From: Geosiphon pyriformis uo1
Taxonomy: Eukaryota; Fungi; Glomeromycota
Length of the DNA: 64,000 nucleotides
Reading direction: 5' to 3'
NCBI GenBank assembly: GCA_016748015.1
Contig: JAAOMT010000523.1
Coordinates: forward strand, 378,935 to 442,934
Shown: piece after piece, positions 26,785 to 38,640 of the stretch
How the letters are laid out: each line of letters starts with the position of its first letter
How positions within the stretch are numbered: position 1 is the stretch's first letter
Notes under the pieces: model-generated
The model's database searches: none
Told to the model about the DNA's origin: nothing
Seen by the model: the letters and a program-made list of their open reading frames with translations, nothing else
Translations under genes and position numbers: made by a program

Positions 26785-26919
26785 TGTTGTTCTGACTGGT
26801 CTGGGTGACTGGTCACGTGTAGAAAAGACATGATTCACATCTAGTTTAGATTATTTAATGATATATTGTACTAGGTAGTGTTTGGACTTCACTCATTAAA
26901 TGAAATAAAAAAAAAAAAA

Positions 26920-28500
26920 TTAATTGTTTTTAAATATATAAAAAGTTTTATTATAAATAAAAATTATAAAAGTATTATCAAATATTTATTATTAAATTAT
27001 TGTATTATAAGTAATAAACTGATTTTGGTTTTAAATAAAATTAAATTTAAAGTAAATAATATTATAGAAAACTAAACAAAAAAAAAACCAATATTAATTT
27101 TAGTTTCTAATTTGTAATTATATCAAAACTTTTTTTTATTTATATAAATAATAATGTTTTTTTAATATAATAATGTAATTTTGCTTTAGTAAAATTTTTA
27201 ATGTAATAAAAATTAGTTAAATAAAAAAACTGTTAATTTGTTTAAAATTACTAATAAATTTTAAAAGTATTATAATAAATATAGTTTAAGATTTTTTTTA
27301 AATTTGTTAAATTTGTGTTTATATTATAAATAAAAATTTGGATTTTTGTAATATTAAAGCCATATAAATAAGAAAAAATTTTAACAAATACTTATTTAAT
27401 AGCTTTAATTAAAATTATTAAAAAATATTTTTTAAAAATTTTGTTTAATTGTATTTCTGTTATTTATAATAAGTTTAATGTTTTTTATAAAAATAATTTT
27501 TCAATTTTAAAAAGTACTTTAATTTAGTTTTCAATTTTTTTTATGTAAAATTAAAAAACATAAACATTTGTGTAATTATAAAATAGATTTTAATTTTATT
27601 ATTAAAACTGGTAAAATTAAAATCCAAACTAATTTGACTTTATAATTAATAATTAAAGTATTTATTAATAATACAATTTAGATTAAAAATAGTTAGATAT
27701 TTGTTTAGTATATTTTAAATATTACAAATGAGTTTTTTAATATTAAAAATATTTTAATTAACAATAATAAAACAATAGTTATTTTTTTTAATCAAAAAAT
27801 TAAAATTGTTTTTTTATATATTAATAGTTTGTTAATTTTTATTATAAAAAATTTTTACAAATATTTAGATTTTTATTTGTTAATAAATAATTTGTTTAAA
27901 TCTAGTTTGATAAAATTTTTTATAAATATAATATTAACAAATTTCTTAAATAGTATTAATTGTATTACAATCTATTATTAGTTATAAATTTTAATTTAAT
28001 TTTATTTTAAAAATTATTTATAATAAGTAAAATATTTTAATTTAACAAAATTTAAAATTTAAAACCAATTTATTTAAATAAATTAGTTTATTATTTTTTT
28101 TATATGATTTAAAATTTTTTAAACAAATATAAACAAAAATAATAATATTAATTATGGTTTTTTTAAATGTTTAAAATATTTTTGGCTGACTATTTAATTA
28201 TAAAGTCATAAATTTACAAATATTAAGTTGAATATTCAAGTATTTATTACAATATTTTATAAGTTTAAATGTTAATTTTAATGATAATTTTCTGACTAAA
28301 ATTATTAAAATTTTTTAAAATATAATTTATTATTTATAACCAATATTTTTTGTATATATAATATTTTAATATTAAATATTTTAAATAATTTAGTTTTTTT
28401 GACATATTATACTTTCTAAAAAAATTAAAAATGGCTTTTATTAATTAATTTTTAAGTAAATATAGAATATATTTTAATTAAAAGTTTTTTTGCTATTAAA
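26920..28500 (+). mobile_element. Ancient LINE relic A, 3' part (ORF2 continues after copy 2)
   Basis: KYIKSFIINK...KLILVLNKIKFKVNNIIEN (cf. copy 1 KHIESFASNK...LVLEPMEVKSKINEIMVG); KNFYKYLDFYL; FLYDLKFFKQI (~28097; cf. SLYNFKTFEQI). End approximate. Confidence 0.6.
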
Positions 28501-31500
28501 AAAAACTTAATTCAAAATATCTAATATTTATTTAATTCAAAATAACTTATAAATTTTTGAATAATAATTTTTTTTGTAAAAAAATTCTGTTTTTTCTTAT
28601 TTGCTTTTATTATTACAATATATATAATATAAGTTGTTTTGCTATAATTGGTAAATACTTAATATTATTGGATTAAATATAAAATAAAACTGCATAATAA
28701 ATAAAAAACAGTTTTTATAATTTTTTAAAAAACACTAAATATTAAAATAAAAATTAATTTAAAAAATAAGTTTTTATAATATTAATTAAATTTTTTAAAT
28801 TAAATAATACTATAAATTAATTAAATATAAATATATAAAAAATATAATTTATTTTTATAATTAGTAATAATTTATTAAAGTTAATAATCTTATAGTTAAA
28901 ATTTATTTAATTATATATATTAGTTATTTTATTTTTAGAATAAATTATTAAATTTTCATTATAGTATAACTTTATTATTATTTAATATAATAACTATTTA
29001 AAGTTTTAAATTATATATAATTTACATATTTTTTATTATGCCTAATAAATATATTAATTTTTTAGAAAAAAAAACTAAAAAGTCTTAAACAAATAGTAAT
29101 TTTGATTTAATACTTAATAAAAATTTACTTTTTTTTATTATAACATGAAGTTTTAAATTAAGTAATTATATCTTTTTTCTATAATTAATAATTAAATCTT
29201 AAACAAATTTAACCAAATACAAAGTGGCCAATTTAATATTAATAAAAACAAACTTTGTTTTAGTTATTTAAAACTCAAATATAAAATTTTTATCTATAAT
29301 TAAATACAAATTAATATTATTAGTATTAAGATATAACAATTAAAAAACTAATAATAACAAATTAGCATTAATTAAGAATTTTTAAAGTATTATTTAATTA
29401 ATTAATAAATCTATACAAACAAAAAAATCAAAATTGTAATTAAAAAATTTTATCTTAGTATAATTAATATATAAAATATTGAAGTAGTATTTATTATATA
29501 ATTTTTTCTTGATAATAATAAAAAGTTTTTTGTGTAAAATTATTTTCTTATTTATAAAATTAATATAATAATTTTAACTTACTTATATTTTTATTTTTAT
29601 TTTATTTCTTTTTTATTTTGTATATTATTAAATTTTGTAAAAAATATTAAATAAATATTTATTAAAAATATAAACAATATTTGTTTTAAATTATAAAAGT
29701 ATTAATATAAAACATATAATTATAACAATTATATTATTTTTAATAAAAGTATAATTTATTTTTTAATTTTTTAACTTTTTTGTTATATTTTTAAAAATAA
29801 TAATAATTAAAATATTTATAAAACTAAGATATTTATAAAACTAATTTTATATATTAAATCTTTACAAATTTAATTCATTTTTTTATTATTTTCTTATTAA
29901 ACAATATTTGTTTTTATTATTATTTATTAACATATTATTATAACTTATAACAATAATATTAAACAATATAATTAAATACAAATTTATAAACAAATATTTT
30001 TATTTTATAAATTTTTTGTATATTTTTTAATAATTAAATTATTATATAATTAATATTTATATTTAATGTAAAAAATTTTTAATTTTATTATAAATTTTGT
30101 TATTTTTTATTTATTTATTAAGTTAAATTTGATTTTTTTTATTGCTTTAATAAAATATAATTTAATTATTAATTATAATATAAAATTTTAAAATTTTACA
30201 AATAGTTATAATTTACATATTTTTTATATATAATTAATTATTTAAACCAGTTTAAATTAAATTAAGTTGAATTTACAAAAACTAATTTTAAAACAACCAT
30301 TTTTGTACATAATTATAATTAAAAACCAAATTAGCCAATTATACAAAAGTTTTGGTTGTATTTAATTTAATATTAAAAGTTTTTTTATTAACAAAAATAT
30401 TTTGAATATTATTACTTATAGTATATTTTATTTTAAATTTAATAATTTTTTATTTAAATAAATATTTATTTTTCTAAAAATATTAATATTTTTTTAATTA
30501 CATGAATTTTTTTACTTTAATATTCAAAAAAAAAGCAATAACCAATTTTATAATCAAAAAATCAATGAAATAATAAGTTTAATAATAAATATAATTAGCA
30601 AAACCAAATTAATTATTTTAAAATTCAAAAAACTCAATTTAAAACATATTATAAAATTAATAATAATAATAATAATAATTAAAACTAAAAACAATAGCTT
30701 TTATATAAAATTTTATATTAGCAAAATAAAACTTAAAATTTTTAATGCCAAATATATATTTAAATAAACACTTTAAAGAAAAACCAAAAACAATTTATAA
30801 TTAAAAACTAAATAATTCAAACATAATAAATATTTTTTATTAAATATAACTTTTTTTAAAGTATTAGTTTTAATAATAATAATATTCAAATTAACTTTAA
30901 TACCAAAATAACAATAGCATATTTTAATTGCTAAAAAAAATTGAAAATTGAAAGATAAAACAAGTATAATTATAAATTTAAAAAACCAATTTGCTAATTT
31001 TAAAAGCTGTATAGTTTAAAAAAATTACCAATTTGGTTTTAAATGATTATAAAAGACAATTATTTTATTTTGATTAAAATAAAATTCTAACAATATTTTA
31101 GTTTAATTTTTGAAATCAGATAATTTAATAAGCTAATTAAATAAAGTTTATATACAAAAATATAATTTGTTTTGTATTTAAAACGAATAATAATTGGCTA
31201 AAATTTAATTTATTATATAATAAAACCAGAAACTAATTTAAATCAAAATAAATTAATATGTTTTAATTGTTATTGTCTAAAATAAAATTAATTAATATTT
31301 ATAATTAATATTGGTTTTGTAAAATTGGCAATAAAGCTAGAAAAAACAAAAAACTAAAGATTTTTTTTTTAGAAAAGAAAAAGTTAGTTTTAAAGTATTA
31401 AAATTAATACCAGAAAAAAAATTTTGCAGTATTTTAAAAGAGTTACTATTAAACATAACAGATTAAAAAAATTGTTTCTTAGTTTTAGTTTTTGAATAAT

Positions 31501-32900
31501 AATAAAAAGAAAAATAAAAAATAATTTAGTTATTAGCTTTTTATCAAATATCTTAAAACATTTAAATAATACAAAGATTATATTAAAACTGTTTTAAGTC
31601 AGTTTTTTTGAAAAAACTTTGAAAAAAAAAACTTTTAACCAAAAATAACAACAATGTTTTGGAATTTGCAAAAAAACTAGTTTTTACAAAAAATTATTAA
31701 GTAGTCTTAATAATTTTAAGTACTTTATTAATAAAAATACTACCAATTGCTTCAGAAAATAAAAAAATTGCAACTTTTTTACTTTTTGTTTTAATTGTAA
31801 ACATAAAAATACAAAAAAAATTTTGAAATTGGAAATTTATATTTTTAATAATTTAGCAGCAGTAAATTTTTTAATATTTTCTGATTGCAAAAGTTATAGT
31901 ATGCCAAATACAGTAGAAATATTAACAATAAAAAAACATGAATAAAAATTTCTTAATAACAATAATTAATTGTGTTATATATATTTATAATAATAATAAT
32001 AATAATAATAATAGATTAATACAATTATAATCTTATAATTAATAAGTAAAATTAAAATTCTATATTTATAATTACAACATATTTAATTAAATAAATAATT
32101 AAGAAGAGTTAATATTTTTATTAAAAAATTTCAAAAACAAAAAACTAAGTATTTATTATATATTATTATTAATTTAGTATGTTTTTAAAATTGAAGATAA
32201 AATTTTGTTAAAAAAAATAAAATAAATTGAAAAAAATAAAAAAAGAAATTTAAGCGAAATTAAATTAAAAGAAAAAATAAGAATAATAAAAAATAGCAAA
32301 TTATAAAATAAATTTAAATATATTAAAACTTAAAACAAATAATAATTATGAAATAATACTTTCAGTTAAAAGATTTTTAAAGCCTAATATTTAATAAATT
32401 ATATATATATTAATTAACAATTTATGTTAAAAAACCAAATAAAAAAAACAATAAAACTAACAAAAATAACTAATTAATAACCCATTTCAATAAATTTAAA
32501 TCTTTAATTTTTATTTAAACTGCTTGAAAAGTTTTATTTTATAGTTGATTAATAGTTTTTTTTTCAATTTATTTGTGAAAAATAAAAAGTTTAGCAATAT
32601 AATAGCAACACAAAATTTTTTAAAAAAACAATACCAGAATTCTTATATTGACTTGAAATAATGTGTGTTAATTATTTGATTCTAAAATAACATTTTTGAA
32701 GTTTAAATAATTGCAATTCAAGATAAAAAAATTGTAGTTTTTAATAATAAAATATTTTCAACATTTTTTCATGAGAGTGTAATGTTATTTTTATTCAATT
32801 TATTATTAAAATATCAATTTTATTTTTTTATAAACAAGTTAACAAAATTCAAAGTAAAAACTTTTTTATTAAATTAAAATTTATATACAAAGTTTCAATG
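28500..32900. other. Extremely AT-rich tract, probably eroded transposon DNA (family not assignable)
   Basis: No ORF of 60 aa or more, almost no CpG, same composition as the recognisable relics; short (AAT)n runs at ~30660 and ~31990. Confidence 0.45.
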
Positions 32901-33238
32901 TAATCTTCATAAAATATAGTCATTTTAAAATTCTTTAAATTTTATTTAAATAATACCAAATTAGGTTTTAAAATAAATCTTGATTCAAAATAAATCTTAA
33001 TCTCATTATTCTGATCATTAAATCATTTAAATTTCTTTACAAAATTTAATTAACTTGTATAATATGAAAAACAAACTTTAATAAAAAATCTTGACTAGTA
33101 TGTTTGAGGTGTTGGGTAAATACAAATACCACATAATTAAAATATTTAATGAACCAAATATGAAATATTTTCAAAATAATACAATTTACTAATAATTAAT
33201 AATCTAAAAAAAAGAAACCCGAAATCGAATTGTCGTCA

Positions 33239-34162
33239 TCATAGTTTCTTGATGCAAATACCATATGGGCGAATGTCTTGGTTTTTCGGTGATATCCAAT
33301 ATTCACCAAAACCTGTCTTTTCTGGAGGGATGCGAGTAAGTGTTACAGGATTGACTCTATTCTGCACAACAATATTATATTGATTGCCTTCAAAGGTAAA
33401 ATTTTCGGCATATAACTCGGCAACCTTTATATCAGGGGTTGAATAGATTCCATGGCCAAACGCGAATCGTTTTCCTTTGCTCAACAAATATCCGTCTTCG
33501 GCAATAGATCTTGCATTATGTTTAGCAGTTCCATGGTAAGAAACTGGCCAAGCAGTTAAAGAAACTCCAAGCCATTGATCATCCAACCCATACTTATTAG
33601 TAACCTTGAGGGCAATTCGGTTCCAACCACAAGGACGAAGATAGGGAAACGCTCCTCGAGTGAAAGTCTCCGTATCTTTAATATTGGTAAAGTCAAAGTC
33701 AAATTGTGGATCTAAAAATTTAGAATTGATAACATGGATACTGGTATCACCCAACACGAGATGGAGTGTACTATTTTCTTGAATATTATAATCAGTCAGG
33801 GTACAGTCATCTTCAAGTTTTTTTCCAGCAAAACTAAGGTGCTGTTGATCTGGGGGGATACCTTCAACTATATGGATCTTTTTTTTGAGCGCAATAACGT
33901 CATCGTTATTCAAGTCAACGGGGATAGTCAAAGTTTTTTCGCTCAAGATATTGACAAAGATTGATCCTGGTTGATGAGTACTAGGACTGGGACTATCAGT
34001 TTCAGTATCTTGGTTAAAATCGACTTTACCACCAACCAAAATCATTTTATGCAGGATGTCGAGAACAATTATTGGGAGAGAAGAAGGAAAGTTCTTCGTA
34101 GGCCCTATTAATCTTGGGTTGATGACTGGAACTAGCAATTTTTTCAGTATTTTGATTAACAA
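33239..34162 (-). CDS. Ubiquitin-like domain fused to a NEURL4-type PARP-like ADP-ribosyltransferase domain
   Basis: Ubl: [13 protein letters not shown]...[41 protein letters not shown]: [41 protein letters not shown]. The start is uncertain: in-frame ATG at 34045, or ATG 34298, which is one base out of frame. Confidence 0.85.
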   Translation of the reverse strand: MLIKILKKLLVPVINPRLIGPTKNFPSSLPIIVLDILHKMILVGGKVDFNQDTETDSPSPSTHQPGSIFVNILSEKTLTIPVDLNNDDVIALKKKIHIVEGIPPDQQHLSFAGKKLEDDCTLTDYNIQENSTLHLVLGDTSIHVINSKFLDPQFDFDFTNIKDTETFTRGAFPYLRPCGWNRIALKVTNKYGLDDQWLGVSLTAWPVSYHGTAKHNARSIAEDGYLLSKGKRFAFGHGIYSTPDIKVAELYAENFTFEGNQYNIVVQNRVNPVTLTRIPPEKTGFGEYWISPKNQDIRPYGICIKKL

Positions 34163-34816
34163 ATTATTTTTATCCAGGGTGTCGAGATTAATTATTTGGA
34201 GGGGTGTTCTTCGCAGCCTCTTCCTCGGTCAAAATAGTTTGTTTAAGAATTTTTGAAAGGCCAGAAGCCAAAATTAATAATGGGTTGTAACTTAACATTT
34301 TTTTAGTTGTATTTTAAGTGAGAATGTACGAAGTGGAAAAAGGTAGAAGTAGCAATACCTCTTTAAATAGTTTTAAGTTGCTTAAGACCTTTAGTTACAG
34401 CGTAAAGAAGAATTTATTTAATAAGCCCAGTAAGCAAGATTATTCAGAGCTAATATCATACACTTTATAGAGTTATTAATATATAGTTTACTATTACTTT
34501 TTATCAGGTATTCTATCACTAAATATCTTTGGGAAAAAGATATTAGTTGATGAAATTTATCGTTCGTTTTTGTCAATTCCTATTTCGAATTTGTGGATGC
34601 TTTTGTTTGAACGTAAAAATTTATACGATTTAAATGTATGGAAAACATAATCAAAAAATTGTGATATCTTTAGATTCTTTGGACAGAAATGAAGTTCAAA
34701 GATTGAAAGAATATAAAGATTTTTTCAAATGAAGCAATTATTTCAGAAATCCATTTTATTCATTTCAGTTTTATAGAAAATTTTTTAATCATTATTAACC
34801 AGAATTAGTAGTATAT

Positions 34817-34857
34817 TGAGGATTGAGAATTAAGGATTAAGGATTGAGGATTGAGGA
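34817..34857. repeat. 7-bp tandem repeat (GGATTRA)n
   Basis: tgaggattgagaattaaggattaaggattgaggattgagga. Confidence 0.8.
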
Positions 34858-35185
34858 AAGTTAACATAAATAGATTTAGGAAAAAGATATTTGAAAATTA
34901 TAATTTAAAAACTTGAAATATCAGATTAGAAATAATTATAGAGACTAACAATTTTTGAAACGATGGAATTTATAAGTTTTGTTTTGTAAATACAAACACT
35001 GGCCAATTAAAAATAATTTTTAATATAAATTTTTAAGATAAAAAGGATTTTACATATATTTAGTAGGTAATCTTTATTTTATTACAAAACCATTTCAAAT
35101 ATACTTTTTTTGTTGATTAATAAATTTATAAATTAAAACAATAAAAAGATTTTTAAACTGTATTATATAGTGTAATTAGTTCATT

Positions 35186-35187
<2 letters not shown>

Positions 35188-35219
<32 letters not shown>
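35188..35219. repeat. (TA)n microsatellite
   Basis: Perfect TA run. Confidence 0.9.
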
Positions 35220-35222
<3 letters not shown>

Positions 35223-36451
35223 TCCTTTTAATTTTCTAATGAAAAAATTTACAACATAATTAAAAATCATAATCGTTTTAAAAATATCTAATAAACGATT
35301 TAATTACCCATTCAGTTATTATTATGCAAATTGTGTCAATATATTTCAATCACATATAAATTTGAACAAAATTTTTATTTTAGAATGAGTTATCGTTCTA
35401 TTTTTTTGTTCTATTTCACATTACTATTTTTAACATTCTATATTTTACATCAAATTTGGGTATAACAATAACTTGATGATTTCATATTTTTTGATTTAGT
35501 TGACCGACAAAAAAAATGAAGTAATTTACAATGAGAAAGAAATAATATTTATCATTTACAAAAGAAAAGATGCATGACAAAAAGGACAAAGATAAATTTA
35601 CTAATCCATTATAATTCTATTTTTTTCCTAATAAGCTGGAAAATCTCATATTCTTAATTATTCATCACAAGCTTAAATCACCATCACCCCAAATAGGCTT
35701 ATGTTTCTTGTGACATTTCACAGATCGATTTGGTTTAGAAACAAAGTTATAAAAAATTATTATCAAGTTCATTTTTATTCATTGAGAAAATAAAAGCAGT
35801 CACTTGTTCCTTTAATCAGAATTTTTATATAAAGGAGTTTGAGGACTGGCATTTACATTAAGTGAGAATAAAAATGCTTTGAATTATGGCGTTTCAAAGC
35901 AAATGAAGTTTTGAGAGTAAGGTTTTACAAAAAATTTGATATAAATGACTTTGATTTTTGTTTTGAGTAGAAATCAAAGAAAGAATCTAATAAAGGCTCA
36001 GACTTTGGATTAATTTATTATAAATATTCAAACCTTTAGACACGGTTTAAGTGGACGTGTCGTAAGGAACAAATAGAATAATGAATATTATGCTCGAGTT
36101 GATAAGAAAAAAAATAGGGTTTAAAATGATATGAACAAAACCTTCTCAACACTTAAATACGAACACGCTAATTGGCCACTTTCTTTGTGGTAGCAAATAA
36201 TTTCTCGATGCATAAGGGTAATTTTGTGCCAGTCAAAAATCGTTTTTTGCTTCTAATATTTCGAAGATAACCTTGAAAATTTTATATTTAAAATAGAGGA
36301 TTAGCGATTTAATTAATTTTATAATTTTAAATAATAGTCTGAAATGTAATATGGATAACTACCTTTACATTTATTTTAAAACAGCAATTGTGCCATTTCG
36401 TGATATATTAAGCCATATTAAAAATGTATATTTCTCAAAAATACCCATTTA

Positions 36452-36572
36452 TTTTTTTATTATTATCCATTTTACGAGTGCAGCCCAACCACTACCTAAG
36501 TACATAAAATCAAACAAGACTCTAAATTAAGCATGGCTCATGCCTTTTCTACACGTGACTAGCCACTCGGGC
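36452..36572 (-). mobile_element. 121-bp retroposed LINE 3' end (SINE-like or extreme 5' truncation) with 8-bp TSD
   Basis: Homologous to the 3' UTRs at 1842-1950, 26798-26906 and 51227-51338. A-rich tail at 36452-36466. CCCATTTA repeated at 36444-36451 and 36573-36580. Confidence 0.85.
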
Positions 36573-36577
36573 CCCAT

Positions 36578-36579
<2 letters not shown>

Positions 36580-36647
<68 letters not shown>
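36580..36647. repeat. (AAT)n microsatellite
   Basis: Perfect AAT run immediately after the TSD. Confidence 0.95.
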
Positions 36648-36648
<1 letters not shown>

Positions 36649-37438
36649 CAAATAAAAAAGTTAAAATACACTTTTTTATATTTAGAAATAGCAAATTACA
36701 ATTTTTTAATAAACTAATTTATTTAAACTGCTATAAAAGATAAACTCAAAAAAATTTCATTATTTAAATGTTATTAACAAAGTATTTGAAATACATTTTA
36801 ATCAAAAATACTTACTTAAAGTTAAATAGTCAATAATCTCTAATTTGTAAGAGCTTATAAATCTTTTAATATGCAGTATTTTTTATTGTTTTGGTTATCT
36901 TTAAATGATTTCTTAAATATTTAGTTTTATTTCTTTCAATAAAAAACTTCTTTGCTTTATATACTGTAAATTTTTTAGATTCTTCAATTTTTTTTAAAAT
37001 TTTATCATATTTGTACTTTATTAACACTTTTTGTATTGTATTTAAAAATATCAAGTCCCAAAATTAATAAGCTTGTATAATTTATAAAAATCTTTTTATA
37101 AGCTGTTTAAGTTTCCTTTTAGTATTTATTAACAATGCAATATTTGCAACTTTATTTATATTAACTAATATAAATATTGAATTCTAAATTAATATATAAA
37201 CACCCAATGAAATTTTATTCAAAAAAATTAACTTTATCAAAGTAATTTTTAATTTGGTTAAAAAGTTTTATCTGTTAATAAAAATTCATGTTTTGTTATT
37301 TAAAAATTGCATTGAAAATAATCAACTTATTCATTAACTATATACATTAAAGAAATCATACAACTAAAAAATTTAATTTTATGGCTTTTGGCAGCAATTT
37401 TTATTGACAATAAAAAACAGCTATTTTGGTTGATGTTT

Positions 37439-37600
37439 ACCAAGAACAGCCAAAAAAATTACAAGCATGATTTGTAATAATGTACGATTGAACTTTTAAA
37501 CTTTTGATAGTACAAATGTGATTGGCTTTTGGACTTGCCACCAAGAACAGTCAAAAGGGGTCACAAGCATAACCTGTGATATTATACAATTGGCTTCTGG
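37439..37600. repeat. Two degenerate direct repeats (~60 bp, ~101-bp period)
   Basis: ACCAAGAACAGCCAAAAAAATTACAAGCATGATTTGTAATA vs ACCAAGAACAGTCAAAAGGGGTCACAAGCATAACCTGTGATA. Confidence 0.75.
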
Positions 37601-37615
37601 CACCAATTAATATAG

Positions 37616-37766
37616 ATCAATTAACGTAATTATTTTTTAAATTGACCTAAAGTGTGTCATATTTAAGATTCGTTAATATCAACATAAATTTCCAACGAAT
37701 CCTGATTGATTGATTGATTGATTGATGAAATGAGAAAATAACAATTCTTTTTTTTATTTAAAAGCC
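37616..37766. repeat. Left arm of a ~150-bp inverted repeat; partners at 42876-43020 (+40234-40244) and 63540-63702
   Basis: Its reverse complement GGCTTTTAAAT..TTCTCATTTC(ATCA)n GGATTCGTTGGAAATTTAT..TGTTGATATTAACGAATCTTAAATATGACA..AATTACGTTAATTGAT matches the partner sites. Confidence 0.85.
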
Positions 37767-37869
37767 TTTTGATTGATTTAAAAAAATTGTTCGATATTTA
37801 AAAAATCAAAATAATATAAATAGATTTACTTGAATATTTAATAAGTAAAAATGAAAAATTTTCAGAAAT

Positions 37870-38640
37870 AATAGAAAATATTCGTTAGCTTCTATTTCAA
37901 GTTGTTTAAAGCCATTTCTTTTATGCACTAAATTTGAAGAGCTCAAATTCAATTTTTCGGATTTATTAACCAAGCTCCCATATTACTCGAATAAAATTTA
38001 AAATATTTAAAATATTTGAGATTCTTAAAATGATATAATAAATGTTAAACAAAAAGATAATTCTAAGACTTTTTGATATTCATATTTAAAAAATCAAAAA
38101 AAATGGTTATGGTTATTTTAACAAGCATTATATTTAGCGTCTGATAAATTGGCTAATTCTTAGCTTTTTCTGAATAATTTCTCGTTCATTATTTAAGATA
38201 TAACGCTGGTAATGAATATTCTGTTGCTCTCTATTTAAAATTCCTTCTCTTAAATTTAATAAGCGTTCAGATAAAACTGGGTTAGGATTTCATTGGGAAT
38301 CTAGGAATTGGTTAAATTGACGAGTATGATTTTCCATATCATTAAAGATGTGATGATTATTTTGTTGTAATGTTTGGGGAGGATTATTTATAATTTCTAA
38401 ACTTGAACTTGATTGAATATTATTTGAATTGGGAGGTGCTTGCTTTAAATCTTGTGGATTGTATTGCTGGTTTGGATAAATTCCAAATACTGTATGTGCT
38501 GGCAGGTGGCTTTGAGAGTGGTTGAATGAGGAAGTTGAGTTTGGATCATCCAAGCCGTTATAATTTGAAGATTCAAAAATAATTTTTTGTTGGTCGTCTA
38601 CGAAATCGTTATGATAATTATTATAAACTTGCGGATTCAT
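37870..38640 (-). pseudogene. Asn/Gln-rich protein gene of unknown function, copy A (premature stop)
   Basis: ORF MNPQVYNNYHNDF... from ATG 38640. TGA at 38290-38292 corresponds to CGA in the paralog (58098-58100), and homology continues past the stop. Confidence 0.5.

Larger units (their letters stand above)
20069..26919 (+). mobile_element. Full-length inactivated non-LTR retrotransposon (LINE copy 2)
   Basis: ORF1 20191-22134, ORF2 22131-26784, 3' UTR 26785-26906, A13 tail 26907-26919. Same domain order as copy 1 but a clearly diverged subfamily. Confidence 0.95.

Noticed and set aside
36452-36572. ~120-nt element as 5S rRNA or tRNA
   Set aside because: Length is similar and GTACTTAGGT is vaguely box-C-like, but there is no overall 5S or tRNA similarity; it matches the LINE 3' UTR and has a tail and TSD.
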